From the NCBI GenBank assembly GCA_963708295.1, contig CAVPSJ010000008.1, positions 1-64,000 on the forward strand: a DNA stretch of 64,000 bases. The letters are read 5' to 3'. Origin of the DNA: an uncultured delta proteobacterium (GTDB taxonomy: Bacteria; Desulfobacterota; BSN033; UBA1163). Of the stretch, positions 19,141 to 30,193 are shown in pieces. A program made the translations under genes and the position numbers. Numbering within the stretch: position 1 is the first letter of the stretch; each line of letters starts with the position of its first letter. The notes under the pieces were generated by a model, which was given only the letters and a program-made list of their open reading frames with translations, had not been told where the DNA came from and did not search any database.

Positions 19141-20340
19141 TCAAATCGAGAAGATCTCCTGGGGGGTCCTGTGGAGACACTCGCTGACGCCGGATTCTGT
19201 AATAAGATAGTTGTCACACACCCAAACCCAAAGGCGCTCGGAGCCGATGATCGGATGGATGGTGATATTCATCCGGGGCTGAAGTTTCATGGGCTCATCG
19301 TCACGAATGGCGGGGCGCTCCACCAAGTCGTATCCCTGGCCGTGAGCGTAGAGACGCGTTTCAGGGGGGAACCCTTTCTTGACCAGGAATTCATTGTTGG
19401 CTCTCCAGATCTCTCCAGGATCTGCCCCCGGTCTCATGAGTTTCAACGTCACTTTTTGCGTCTCTTTGCATAACTCATTGGCATCGTACAATTCGGAAGG
19501 GACTTTCCCGAGAAAATAAGTCCTTCCAAGCTCAGCATACATCCCTCCCGGGCCGTTGACTTCGACCATCAGGGTGAACTGATCCCCCTCCCTAACCATA
19601 CGGTTCTGAAAATGCCGCTTCTGCATCGGGACCGGTTTTCCCAGAGGTCCGGACCCGCCGATGACCAATTGTTCCTCGCTGCCTAGCTCGGTCACTTTGT
19701 GTACGATATCTGCCACGATCTCGAAGTCCCTTCTTCCGGGGCGAATGGCCTTTTTCGCGTACTCCATCGCTTCATCCTGAAGGGCGGTCGTTTTCTTGAT
19801 CAGGGCGATCTCCTCGTCACTCTTGACAGCCTTGATCCGATCGACCAGGTCTGTCGCGTCCATGAACGTCGCTCCGGTAAGGTTCTTCAGAATCGACTCA
19901 TAAAACACGGCGGACATGAACCCTTTTCCGACGAGTCCGATTTTTCCCTTCTTCTTCGCCTTCAGTGTCTCCACAGCCAGGTCTGCATCATACGTATTGC
20001 TATACATGAGACTTCGAAAATAGGGGGCCGTGAGTCTTCTTTTGACGCCTCTCATCGTCCAGGCAGGAGGCCCTAAGTCTCCCGGGGGCTTGCCGCCGCA
20101 GGTAATCGTGGTCATTTCGTCATCGATGGGGAAGATCACGGTCATGGGATAGCCGTTTCGTGCGGGAATATCCGTAAACCACTTCACGTACCCGCCCAAC
20201 CACTCGTTGTCATTTTGCATCAGCAGAAAATCGATGCCTTCTTCCTTCATCTTCGTTCGCACATCTCTCCAACGCCTTTCCAGCTCCGATGTGGATATGG
20301 CTTGGGTGAGACTCTGTTTAGGATCATCCGTCATTTTCAT
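19141..20340 (-). CDS. M24 family (Xaa-Pro/creatinase-like) peptidase
   Basis: KAVKSDEEI, HGQGYDLVERP, IHP; ATG 20340 with AAGGAAGG RBS. Confidence 0.85.
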   Translation of the reverse strand: MKMTDDPKQSLTQAISTSELERRWRDVRTKMKEEGIDFLLMQNDNEWLGGYVKWFTDIPARNGYPMTVIFPIDDEMTTITCGGKPPGDLGPPAWTMRGVKRRLTAPYFRSLMYSNTYDADLAVETLKAKKKGKIGLVGKGFMSAVFYESILKNLTGATFMDATDLVDRIKAVKSDEEIALIKKTTALQDEAMEYAKKAIRPGRRDFEIVADIVHKVTELGSEEQLVIGGSGPLGKPVPMQKRHFQNRMVREGDQFTLMVEVNGPGGMYAELGRTYFLGKVPSELYDANELCKETQKVTLKLMRPGADPGEIWRANNEFLVKKGFPPETRLYAHGQGYDLVERPAIRDDEPMKLQPRMNITIHPIIGSERLWVWVCDNYLITESGVSECLHRTPQEIFSI

Positions 20341-20861
20341 CCTTCCTTTCGTTTTGGGATAGTTTGATGGGTTAAAAATATAATTCCTCCCGTTGACTGT
20401 CAAGGAGAATCTTACCCTTGCGCACCCCAGCTTTTCCTCCCATGGACGGAATAGTTGCTGGCACGAAGAGGCGGGTTTCCGAACCTTCAGAATGCGACTA
20501 TCATCGGATGTTGTGGGGGCTCGTGGGTATCAAGAATCAGGGCTGAGTAAGGGACGGAGACTCACTGCCGAGATCGCTTAAAAGGTGGCCGCTCTAAAGT
20601 TTCTCCAACCCGCTCCGTTGTGCCCTGATCCATGGATGAGCCTTTTTTCGGGAATCCAGGCAAGTTTCGCCCGCGATCGAGGAAGGTCCCTGAATGGGCT
20701 TCGCAAGGCCCACGCGGAAGATAAACCAACTCAAGGCCCGTCACGACATTGAACTCATCCATTTTTGCGCTAAATCATCCGGTATGTTATGGGTAAATAA
20801 ATGATACCCATGGTTATTCAAACGAGGGTCATTCAGTAAGCAATAAAAGGAAGAAAATTCT

Positions 20862-21962
20862 ATGGCAAAACCCACAATCAATAAAATCGGCGTTCTAACG
20901 GGAGGGGGTGACTGCCCGGGACTGAATGCAGTCATTCGGGCGATTGTCAAGACTGCCATCCTTCAGCATGGATGGAAAGTGATGGGGATCGAAGATGGGT
21001 TTGAAGGACTTCTGCTGGATGGAAAGGTCCGGCCCCTGCTTCTTGACCACGTGAAAGATATCCTGGATAGGGGCGGGACCATTCTGGGTTCTTCGAACCG
21101 GGCAAACCCCTTCGAATATAAGTTTAAACAGAACGGAAAGATCATCACAGAAGATCGTTCTTCGATCCTGGTAGAAAACTTGAAATCCCTCGAGATCGAC
21201 GCTTTAGTTGTCATCGGCGGGGATGGTTCCCTCTCGATTGCCAGCCGGCTTTCGAAGATGGGTGTTCAGTTGGTCGGCGTTCCAAAAACGATCGACAACG
21301 ACCTTGCCGCGACCGATATCACCTTTGGATTCGATACGGCCATTAATACCGCAACCGGAGCGATCGACAAGATCCGGACGACAGGAGAGAGCCACCATCG
21401 CGTCATGGTCGTTGAAGTGATGGGGCGGTATGCGGGATGGATCGCCCTTGAAGCGGGGATCGCGAGCGGCGCCGATATTATACTGATTCCGGAAGTCCCA
21501 TTTCATCTGGAAAAGATTTACCCTGTCATCAGAGAGCGTGCTCAGATGGGAAGGCGTCACAGTATTATCGTGATTGCGGAGGGGGCAAGGCCCTACGACG
21601 GAGAGGTGTCTGTCAAGAGGATTCAGCACGATAGTGTTGATACGATCCGCCTGGGGGGTATCGGGGAGATGCTCGCCAATAAGATCTCGAATGAGCTTGG
21701 AATCGAGTCGCGGGACACCGTACTCGGCCACATCCAGCGAGGTGGGTCTCCGAGCGCCTTTGACAGGATCTTGGCCACACGCCTGGGGTTTGGATCTGTG
21801 CATTTGATCGCAGAAGGGAGTTTCGGCAGGATGGTATGTCTTAAAACTCCTGGGATTGCATCTGTTCCGCTTGAGGACGCCGTCAAACAACTCAAGAAGG
21901 TGAGCATCGAGCTCGATATGGTCCGGGCGGCCAAAGCCATCGGGGTGAGTTTTGGAGATTAG
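20862..21962 (+). CDS. pfkA: 6-phosphofructokinase (group III type, probably ATP-dependent)
   Basis: GGGDCPGLN, GGDGS, PKTIDND, EVMGR, LGHIQRGG. Confidence 0.92.
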   Translation: MAKPTINKIGVLTGGGDCPGLNAVIRAIVKTAILQHGWKVMGIEDGFEGLLLDGKVRPLLLDHVKDILDRGGTILGSSNRANPFEYKFKQNGKIITEDRSSILVENLKSLEIDALVVIGGDGSLSIASRLSKMGVQLVGVPKTIDNDLAATDITFGFDTAINTATGAIDKIRTTGESHHRVMVVEVMGRYAGWIALEAGIASGADIILIPEVPFHLEKIYPVIRERAQMGRRHSIIVIAEGARPYDGEVSVKRIQHDSVDTIRLGGIGEMLANKISNELGIESRDTVLGHIQRGGSPSAFDRILATRLGFGSVHLIAEGSFGRMVCLKTPGIASVPLEDAVKQLKKVSIELDMVRAAKAIGVSFGD

Positions 21963-22237
21963 ATAGGAAAAAATGGAAAAGGGATCAGACCTCAGCCCTG
22001 GATGAATAGAATTCCTTTGATCTGGAAGATGCCTTTCACGGTAAAGTGAGTCCTCCTTTTCGAGGATATCATGATCTTGCAAAAATCCCTCAACTCATAT
22101 TCTTCCTAATTTTCAGAAATCCTGCCCGAGATGTTTTTCCCCCCTTCCTACAAGAATGTTATTCAGGATATTTACATCGATCCTCAGTTGTGCTATTGAA
22201 TAGCGATCCAAGAATCAAGAAAGAAAGGAGAAGAAGT

Positions 22238-23205
22238 ATGCGCATCAAAACGATGTTCGTCATCCTCGCAGTCGTCGTTCTTGGCTCCTGGCTTGGCCAA
22301 CAGCAGGCGTGGGCCCAGAAAGAGAAACCCTATCCGACCCGGCAGATCAGCTATTTGATCTGTTTTGATCCGGGTGGACAGTCGGATCGGGTAGCGCGAT
22401 TACAGCAGCCTCATCTTGACAGACTTCTGGGGCAGAAGGTTATCATTGACTACAAAGTGGGCGGCGGAGGCGCCCTGGGATGGAGAGAACTGGTGCGAGG
22501 AAAGCCCGATGGCTATCTCATGGCTGGGTTCAATATTCCCCATACCATCCTTGCAACCCCTCCAGCAAGAAGTGGGATACAAAACGGAGCAGATCAATCC
22601 CGTCTGCCTCTTCCAGCGAACGCCGCTCGGACTGGCTGTTCTCAACACCAGCCCTTATAAAACCCTTCAGGAATTCATCGACTTCGGAAAGAAGAACCCG
22701 GGAGCCCTCACCGTCGGCGGATCAGGGACCTTCTCCGGGTATCACATGGCGGCGCTCCGGTTTGAGAAGCTGAGCGGCGTCAAGCTGACCTATGTCCCGT
22801 TTACAGGCTCAGCGCCCCAGATGACCGCCTTTCTAGGAGGTCATCTCGCAGCGATCTTTGGAGCCTCGGACGACTTGACACGCTTCAGAGACAAACTGCG
22901 AGTCCTGGGCTTTGCAACCGAAGCGCGTTTCCCGGGATTCCCCGATGCTCCCACGCTGAAAGAAGCAAGGAATCGATATGGCAGAGGCCGTTGACCGGGG
23001 TTCCGCAGTTCCTCCCAACACCCCGGATTATATTGTCAAGAAACTGGAAGCGGCATTTGTTGAAACGGCCAAACATCCGGATGTCGTCGCGGAGATGAAA
23101 AAACAGGGGTTTGTCCCCATTGCGATGGGCCATCAGGAGAGTAAAGCTTATCTTGACAAGATGACTGCGATCTATAAGGAATTGGCGGCAGGGCTTAAAA
23201 AATAG
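22238..23205 (+). CDS. tctC: TTT binding protein TctC (two frameshifts)
   Basis: YPTRQI, GGGG, PDGY, YVPFTGSAP, LGGH across three overlapping frames. Confidence 0.85.
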
Positions 23206-23395
23206 AAATCCCAACAACGAGATTCCGGTCTCCAAACAAAATCCAATGACCAATCGACCCGTTACGGGCCGGTCATTGGCGTTTGAATATTGGTTGTTAT
23301 CCGATCATTGACGTGCCTGCGCGTAGCCCCGCCTTGCGGGGCGAAGGCAGGCGCTTGGTTTACTGGCGCTTTCTCGACCTAACCGGAGGACTTCT

Positions 23396-23863
23396 TTGAG
23401 GACACAAAGATCGGCAGATATCGCAGGAGGCTGCTTTCTTGTTTTCCTGGGCCTGGTAACACTCTTTGCAGCGTCAAGGATTACCGGAGGGTTGGAGGAG
23501 CGTCTGCCTCCCCGTACCCTTCCCTATGTCGTGGGGGTAATCATTTTGATCTCCGGGGCTCTTCTGGCGATCAGGTCCTGGCGATTCCATGGCGAAGACC
23601 CGGTCATTAAATGGCCGGACCGGCGAGGAATGATTCGCGTCCTCATCACGCTTTTTAGCCTGGGAGTTTATCTTGCCTTAATGGATCCCCTGGGGCTCCC
23701 CTTGAGCACGTTTCTCTATGTCTCCTTCACTGTCTGGTACCTGGGGAAATATCGCCTTTGGTATCCTTTGCTGATCGGGGTCTTATCCGGGGGCATCTCT
23801 TATCTGGTCTTCATCTATCTGCTTGAGCTCTCGTTTCCGGTGGGGCCTTTCTTAACGCGTTAG
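23396..23863 (+). CDS. tctB: TTT small permease TctB
   Basis: Four TM helices, PRTLP and FPVG motifs; lies between tctC and tctA. Confidence 0.85.
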   Translation: MRTQRSADIAGGCFLVFLGLVTLFAASRITGGLEERLPPRTLPYVVGVIILISGALLAIRSWRFHGEDPVIKWPDRRGMIRVLITLFSLGVYLALMDPLGLPLSTFLYVSFTVWYLGKYRLWYPLLIGVLSGGISYLVFIYLLELSFPVGPFLTR

Positions 23864-23871
23864 TGAACTAT

Positions 23872-24030
23872 CTGAGAATACAGAACTCAGTCCCGCCTCG
23901 GCGGGACAGAATCCGGAATGGAAGATAATTGATGTTGCGCTTTGAGCGGCTGACAAGACGAGTATGGACCAAATTCCGCTCTGACTCCTGTATTCTGATT
24001 CTGGATTCTGGATTCTGAATTCTGGATTCT
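23872..24030. repeat. Inverted heptamer-repeat element (CAGAAT.. / ..ATTCTGG) with internal GC palindrome
   Basis: Tandem ATTCTGG/A units at 23992-24030 are complementary to the cagaat units at about 23872-23920; internal gtcccgcc-tc-ggcgggac. A related scar lies at about 23205-23370. Confidence 0.65.
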
Positions 24031-24047
24031 TTAGGTTTGGAGTTTGT

Positions 24048-25557
24048 ATGCTTTTCTCATGGGACTATCTATTAAATGGTTTTGTTACCGCCTTTTCCTT
24101 CCAGAATCTTCTCTGGGCGTTCATAGGATGCATGATCGGGACGCTGATCGGCGTTCTCCCCGGAATCGGTCCTTCCTCGGGGATCGCTATTCTGCTTCCC
24201 CTCACTACGGTTCTGCCCCCTACATCCGCCATTATCATGATGGCGGCGATTTATTATGGAGCGATGTACGGTGGGTCGACGACGGCAATTCTGGTCAATA
24301 TCCCGGGAGAGGCCTCTTCTGTTCCAACGGCCATGGATGGCTATGCAATGGCCAAGCAGGGCCGTGCAGGCCCGGCTCTGGGCATTGCAGCCATCTCCTC
24401 CTTTGTCGCAGGGACACTCGGTATTGTCGGCCTCACTTTCTTTGCGCCGGCTCTGGCCAACTTTGCTCTTGCCTTCGGTCCTCCGGAATATTTCTGCCCT
24501 CATGTTCATGGGGTTGACCCTGATTATCAGCCTCTCGGGTCGAGCCCTTCTCAAGGGAATTGTCTCGATGGCGATCGGTCTTCTTGCGTCGCTGATCGGA
24601 CAGAATCCGCTGACGGGGGCTGCCCGACTGACCTTCGGCTCCGTGGAGTTGATGGCCGGGATCAATTTCATCAGCGTGATTATAGGTCTCTTCGCCATCG
24701 CCGAAATCATGGTGGATGTTGAAGAAGAAGTCAAAGCGATCAATATGACTGCGGTCCGGGATGTCTTCCCCACCTGGGCCGATATCAAGCAGTGCATTGG
24801 GGCCATGCTCCGGTCAACGGGCATCGGTTTTTTCATGGGCCTGCTGCCCGGGTGTGCCCCCTCGGTCACCACCTTTGTGGCCTATGATGTTGAAAAGCGG
24901 CTGTCCAAGCATCCGGAGCGGTTTGGTAAAGGAGCGATCGAGGGAGTCGCCGCTCCTGAAGGCGCGAATAATGCGACATCGAGCGCCGGGTTTGTTCCCC
25001 TTTTCTCCTTTGGACTTCCTACAGCCCCTTCCATGGCGGTCCTCCTGGGAGGGCTCATGATGTATGGTCTTCAGCCGGGCCCCATGCTCTTTAAAGAAAA
25101 CCCTCAGTTTGTATGGGCTGTCATTGCCAGCATGTACATCGGAAACGTCATGTGTCTCGTACTGAATCTACCGCTGGTCGGCATGTGGGCGCGGATTGCC
25201 GTCATTCCATTCCCGGTTTTGGGACCGATTATCGTCGTCTGCTCACTGATCGGAACGTACAGCATTCGTTTTCTGGCCTTTGATGTGTGGGTTGCCATCA
25301 TTTTCGGAGTGATCGGGTATTTCATGCGGAAGCTCGGGTATCCGATCGCCCCTATGGTTCTGGCTACCGTTCTCGCTCAGATGCTGGAAACATCCCTCCA
25401 ACAGTCTCTCCTTCTTTCGCAGGGTTCGCCGATGATCTTCATCACCCGGCCCATTTCCGCTGTTTTTATGGCTCTTGCAATCCTCTCCTTGGTCCGGGGG
25501 GTATGGAAACAGATGAAGTCTCACGCACCGGAAATCGCCGAGGAGGACGAGAGCTAG
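24048..25557 (+). CDS. tctA: TTT large permease TctA (frameshift near 24495)
   Basis: GVLPGIG, GAMYGGSTTAILVNIPG, FGPPEYF, PEGANNA, GLQPGP. Confidence 0.92.
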
Positions 25558-25634
25558 TTCGTTTACGCTCTCTGCGGAGGACTCCGGCTCAGCTCCCTTT
25601 ACTGCTTGATGGCCATCATGGAGGAAGAGGTTTG

Positions 25635-26753
25635 ATGATCCCACTGCTAAAACTCCCAAAAGTACAATTCGGCTTTGGAGTGGTCGAGACTCTATCGGCA
25701 GAGTTGGGCGAACTCGGTATTGTCCGCCCCCTGTACATCACCGATCAGAGGTTGATTGAATGCGGGGTATTCTCAACGGTGCGCCGAGTAATGTCGGCTG
25801 AAGCCAAACCCTCAGTATTCGACGAGACGCCGGAAAACCCAACCGTCGAGGGCGCCGAACGTGCGCTCTCGACGTACCGGGCCGGAGATTGCGACGGGAT
25901 TGTTGCCGTGGGCGGCGGATCGGTGATCGACACCTCAAAGGCTGTGTCTCTTCTTGCCGGACACCCGGGATCACTTGCACATTACCATGACCACCCGGAG
26001 AAAATAACCTCGTCAACCGCGCCGTTGGTTGCCATTCCCACGACCGCGGGAACGGGGAGCGAAGCGTCGCGCGGTGCCGGGATCCACCCTGACTCTACGA
26101 GCCGATCTGCCGGCGTCAGCAGCGAGTACCTGGTGCCAAGGGTGGCGATCTGTGACCCGAATTTGACGCTGAGCCTTTCGCCTGAGCTGACAGCGGCAAC
26201 CGGTATGGATGCGTTATCCCATTGTGTCGAAGGATTCCTGGCGAAATCCGTCAATCCGCCTGTGGATGCCATCGCCCTCGATGGCGTCCGGCGAATCTTT
26301 GCCCATCTTGAACGCGTAGTCGCCAACGGCAATGACCGCGAGGCCCGCTGGCAGATGATGATGGCTGCACTTGAAGGGGGCATCAGCATTTCCAAGGGGC
26401 TGGGTCCTGCACACGCCCTTGGGAACACTTTCGGCGACCGCGGATTCCGACATGGAATGCTCGTGACCATGGCCATGCCGAGTGTGCTTCGTTTCGTCGA
26501 AAAATATGTCACCGGGAAGATGGATCGATTGGCAGATGCGATGGGACTTCATTCCAGAGTCGAGGTGCCCGATGCCATCAAAGCATTCAACGCCCGGCTG
26601 GGGTTGCCCGCCAGCCTGCGTGAAATCGGGCATCCGGATGGAGACCGGGATGAGATGGCCGAGGATGCCGCGAAAAGTTTCTTCAATGTCTGGAGTCCGC
26701 ACTCTCCGACCCAGGCAGAGTATAAGGCGTTGATTCAAGAGATGATGGGCTAA
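25635..26753 (+). CDS. Iron-containing alcohol dehydrogenase
   Basis: GGGSVIDTSK, PTTAGTGSE, DALSHCVE, AHALG, HG. Confidence 0.92.
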   Translation: MIPLLKLPKVQFGFGVVETLSAELGELGIVRPLYITDQRLIECGVFSTVRRVMSAEAKPSVFDETPENPTVEGAERALSTYRAGDCDGIVAVGGGSVIDTSKAVSLLAGHPGSLAHYHDHPEKITSSTAPLVAIPTTAGTGSEASRGAGIHPDSTSRSAGVSSEYLVPRVAICDPNLTLSLSPELTAATGMDALSHCVEGFLAKSVNPPVDAIALDGVRRIFAHLERVVANGNDREARWQMMMAALEGGISISKGLGPAHALGNTFGDRGFRHGMLVTMAMPSVLRFVEKYVTGKMDRLADAMGLHSRVEVPDAIKAFNARLGLPASLREIGHPDGDRDEMAEDAAKSFFNVWSPHSPTQAEYKALIQEMMG

Positions 26754-26939
26754 CGGCTTGATACATTCGACGGCGCTGAACCCTGATTTTAAAATCGCTG
26801 AATCAGCAAGCGATCAAGGGTATTCCGGGCGTGGCCAAATACCAACCTGAATTCGCCTCTGCCATTTGAATTTCCTCGGTACTCGCCTTTATGAATAAAA
26901 TGGGATGTATCCTCTTCTTATCCTCCCCCGGTTTCTTCT

Positions 26940-27114
26940 TCGCCCGTAACCGGGGTAGATCCCTCTGAGGCTTCATAAGGCCCACGCTCAGGGCAAACAG
27001 GATGAACCCACGCAAAATATTGAAACCCAGTTTACCCTTGAACCCTGTGCAGCTAAACCGTAAGAAGGTTGGGCCGATGAAGCCTCTTCAGGGACCCGCC
27101 CCGGTCACGGGCAA
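26940..27114 (-). ncRNA. Candidate rod-shaped structured RNA of unknown family
   Basis: About 45-bp outer stem plus about 18-bp inner stem; the outer-stem mismatches are mostly G-U pairs on the minus strand. Confidence 0.45.
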
Positions 27115-27223
27115 TAGCCAAGCCCCCCTTGCTCGATAGGCTCCTCTGTTTCGCGCACTTTCGGAAAAACTTTCTTTTCCAAAGAAGAATGAAACTAGAC
27201 GAGGGCAAGGGGGTCTCGTTGAC

Positions 27224-27253
27224 TTGACAGGCAACCCGCTTTTCTCGTATATT
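27224..27253 (+). promoter_or_regulatory. Sigma-70-type promoter for the Mo-enzyme gene
   Basis: TTGACA-N18-TATATT. Confidence 0.5.
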
Positions 27254-27320
27254 CACATCACTGAACCGAAACACCAAGCTTAAGAAATGTCAGATAAAAA
27301 TACCTCTAAGATGAGGGAGG

Positions 27321-29846
27321 ATGGTTATGTCAGAGCAGATTTTCACGAGTTGTACTCAAGGGGGGCCGGTCTTCATTCATGTGAAAGACGGGAAAATCAT
27401 CCGTGTCAGACCGCTGTCTTTGGCTGAGAATGAAGACGTGCCGACCTGGACGATCGAGGCGGGAGGCAAGAAGTTTTCGGCTCCCAGAAGGTGGCGCTTG
27501 CCCCTTATGTCCTGGCGCAGAAGGCGAGGACTTACTGCGGAGAGCCGAATTCAAGTACTCCCATGAAAAGGGTGGATTTCGATCCCGGACGGGGAAAGAC
27601 ATCCTGAGAACAGGGGGAAATCCGGTTATGTAAGGATCAGCTGGGATGAGGCCCTGGATCTGGTCGCGAGCGAGATGAAGAGGGTCCGGTCGACGTACGG
27701 GCCGGAGGCGATCATGTCGCGGTGCTCGTCCCACCATGAGTGGGGACATATCGGTTATAAATTCAGGACCTGGGGGAGATTTTTCAACCTGCTGGGATTC
27801 ACGGATATCTTCGATAACCCGGATAGCTGGGAAGGCTGGCTCTGGGGAACGGCCCATGCTTACGGATTCTGGTGGAGGCTGGGCGTCCCGGAGCAGTGCG
27901 ACCTGCTTGAGGATGGCCTGAAGCACAGTGAACTGATCGTCCAGTGGAGCAATGACCCGGATGCCACCGGCGGAGTTTACGGCGGGCAGGATTCGGCGAT
28001 CTGGCGCATCTGGCTGAAGGAATTGGGAAAGAAGCAGATTTTTATCGATCCCTATTACAACAGCACCGCGGTGACCATGGCGGACAAGTGGATTGCCCCG
28101 AGGCCGGGAACGGATGCCGCCCTCGCCGAGGCCATCGCCTATGTGTGGCTGAAAGAGGGGACGTACGACAAGGACTATATCGCCACGCCATACGATTGGC
28201 TTTGAGAAATTCAAAGACCATATCCTTGGGAAAACGGACGGCATCCCCAAGATCCCGAAGTGGGGTGAGGAGAAGTGTGCCATTCCTGCCCGGGTGATCA
28301 CAGCCCTTGCCCGGGAGTGGGCTTCCAAAAGAACAGCCCTTGCTGCGGGGACGCGCGGTGGTTGGGGCGGAGCCTGCAGGGCCGCCTACGCGCACCGAAT
28401 GGGCAAGGCTGGCCATGCTGCTCCAGGCGATGCAGGGCTGGGGCAAACCGGGGGTAAGCATCTGGGGGACGACGACGGGCGCTCCGTTTAACAACGAATT
28501 TGATTTCCCCGGGTATGCCTCCAAAGGCTGGGGGATGAATAACCTCGCCAGGAAACCGGCAGACAATTCCGTGACCCAGCGTATCTACCGCTTGCTCCTG
28601 CCGGAGGCGGTCTTGAAGCCCCCCCATCCACTGGGTGGGGGAGGGTTTCTGCGGCAGTTCGCTCGAGCAGCAGTTTAAGCCTTATGTTTATCCGGAGCCG
28701 GGAAAGTCGGAATGCAAGATGTTCTACCGATACGGCGGATCTTATATCGGCACGATGACCGAGACGAATCGTTTCGTCACGATGTACCAGAGTCCCAAGC
28801 TCGAATTTGTGGTCAATCAGGAAATCTGGTGGAACACGGAGACGAGATTTGCCGATGTCATCCTTCCGGCGTGCACGAACTTCGAGCGAAATGATATCGG
28901 AGAGTGGGCAAACTCCGGAGGGTATTCTCACAACAGCTCCGAGGTATGCAATCACAGGATGATCGTCTATCAGAAGAAGTGTATCGAGCCCCTTCATGAG
29001 TCTAAATCGGACTACTGGATTCTCAGTCAGCTGGCAGAAAGGTTGGGGTTTAAAGAAGACTTCACCGAAGGGAGTGAGACGGAGGAAGGATGGATTAAGA
29101 AGTTGTTCGATGCGTCCAGCTTGCCTCAATACATCTCTTTCGAGAAGTTCAAAGAGAAAGGTTACTTCGTGGTTCCCTTACCGGAAAACTATAAATCCAC
29201 CCCGGCGCTCAGATGGTTCTACGAAGGCCGGGATTGCGACACCGGGGATAACAACCCGCAGAAGAATACCGAGAAAAGCAAGCAATTGGGGACGTACAGC
29301 GGCAAGATCGAGTTTGTGTCTGAAAGTCTGAGAAAACATTTTCCAAAAGACAAGGAAAGGCCGCCGATGCCCCGGTACATACCCAGCTGGGAAGGGCATG
29401 AGACAGGACTTGCGAAGAAGTATCCTCTGCAGCTCATCTCCCCACATCCCAGGTTCTCCTTCCATACGCATCATGATGCCCGGGTCCCCTGGCTGGTGGA
29501 TATTCCAGATCATCGTATTTTCAAGGACGGCACCTACTGGAGAACCGTGCGGATTCACCCGTCGGATGCAGAAGCCAGGGGAATCAAACAAGGCGACATT
29601 GTCAAACTCTATAACGACCGGGGTGCGGTGTTGTGTATCGCAACATTGACAGAGAGGATGAAGCCAGGGGTGATTCATTGCTATGAGTCGTCAGGAGTGT
29701 ATGATCCTCTGGAGCCGGGGAAAGCCGGGAGCCCGGATCGGGGAGGCTGCATCAATTTGTTAACTCCCGCCCGAATGATTTCCAAGAATGCCCCCGGGAT
29801 GGCGAACAACTCCTGTTTGATCGAAATGGAGAAGTGGGAAGTGTAG
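27321..29846 (+). CDS. Bis-MGD molybdo/tungsto-enzyme, pyrogallol hydroxytransferase large-subunit (AthL)-like (several frameshifts)
   Basis: SSHHEWGHIGY, NPDSWEGWLWG, ISWDEALD, PRPGTDAALA, ADVILPACT, LISPHPRFSFH; no N-terminal Fe-S cluster motif and no Tat signal. Confidence 0.85.
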
Positions 29847-30193
29847 CAGCTCGTCTTCCCCGAGACTCTGTCGCACTCATGAAGGGGCGTCGGCACACGC
29901 GGTCCAGGCATTCAGGTTCCTCAGCTTTAGAATGCGGGTCGTTTAGGGGTGTAGGTAACCGGCCTTCTATGTAATGGAACCCATCAGGACCTCGGGGGGC
30001 AAGAAGCCGGTTTATGAAGGGTTTCCGCTCCAAAGCTTCGTCACCCGACCGCCCATCCTGCGTGGAAGGGAGGACCCTCTTGTTGATTGCGACACAGTAT
30101 CGCTGAGGAGAGGAAAAGCCAGGAGGGCACCGAAGACAAGCTTTTTTTGAAGTGAGTGAATTTTTACAAATAGTGATACGGGAGGAATAGAAA

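Noticed and set aside
23872-24030. CRISPR array (also considered at 11720-11770 and 13160-13250)
   Set aside because: These are tandem 7-mers without unique spacers, and no cas genes are present.
26982-27066. c-di-GMP-I or c-di-AMP riboswitch on the + strand (GGGCAAAC...ACGCAAA; CAGCTAA.CCGTAAG)
   Set aside because: The required stems and GNRA loop cannot be formed, and the same bases pair better in the minus-strand rod.
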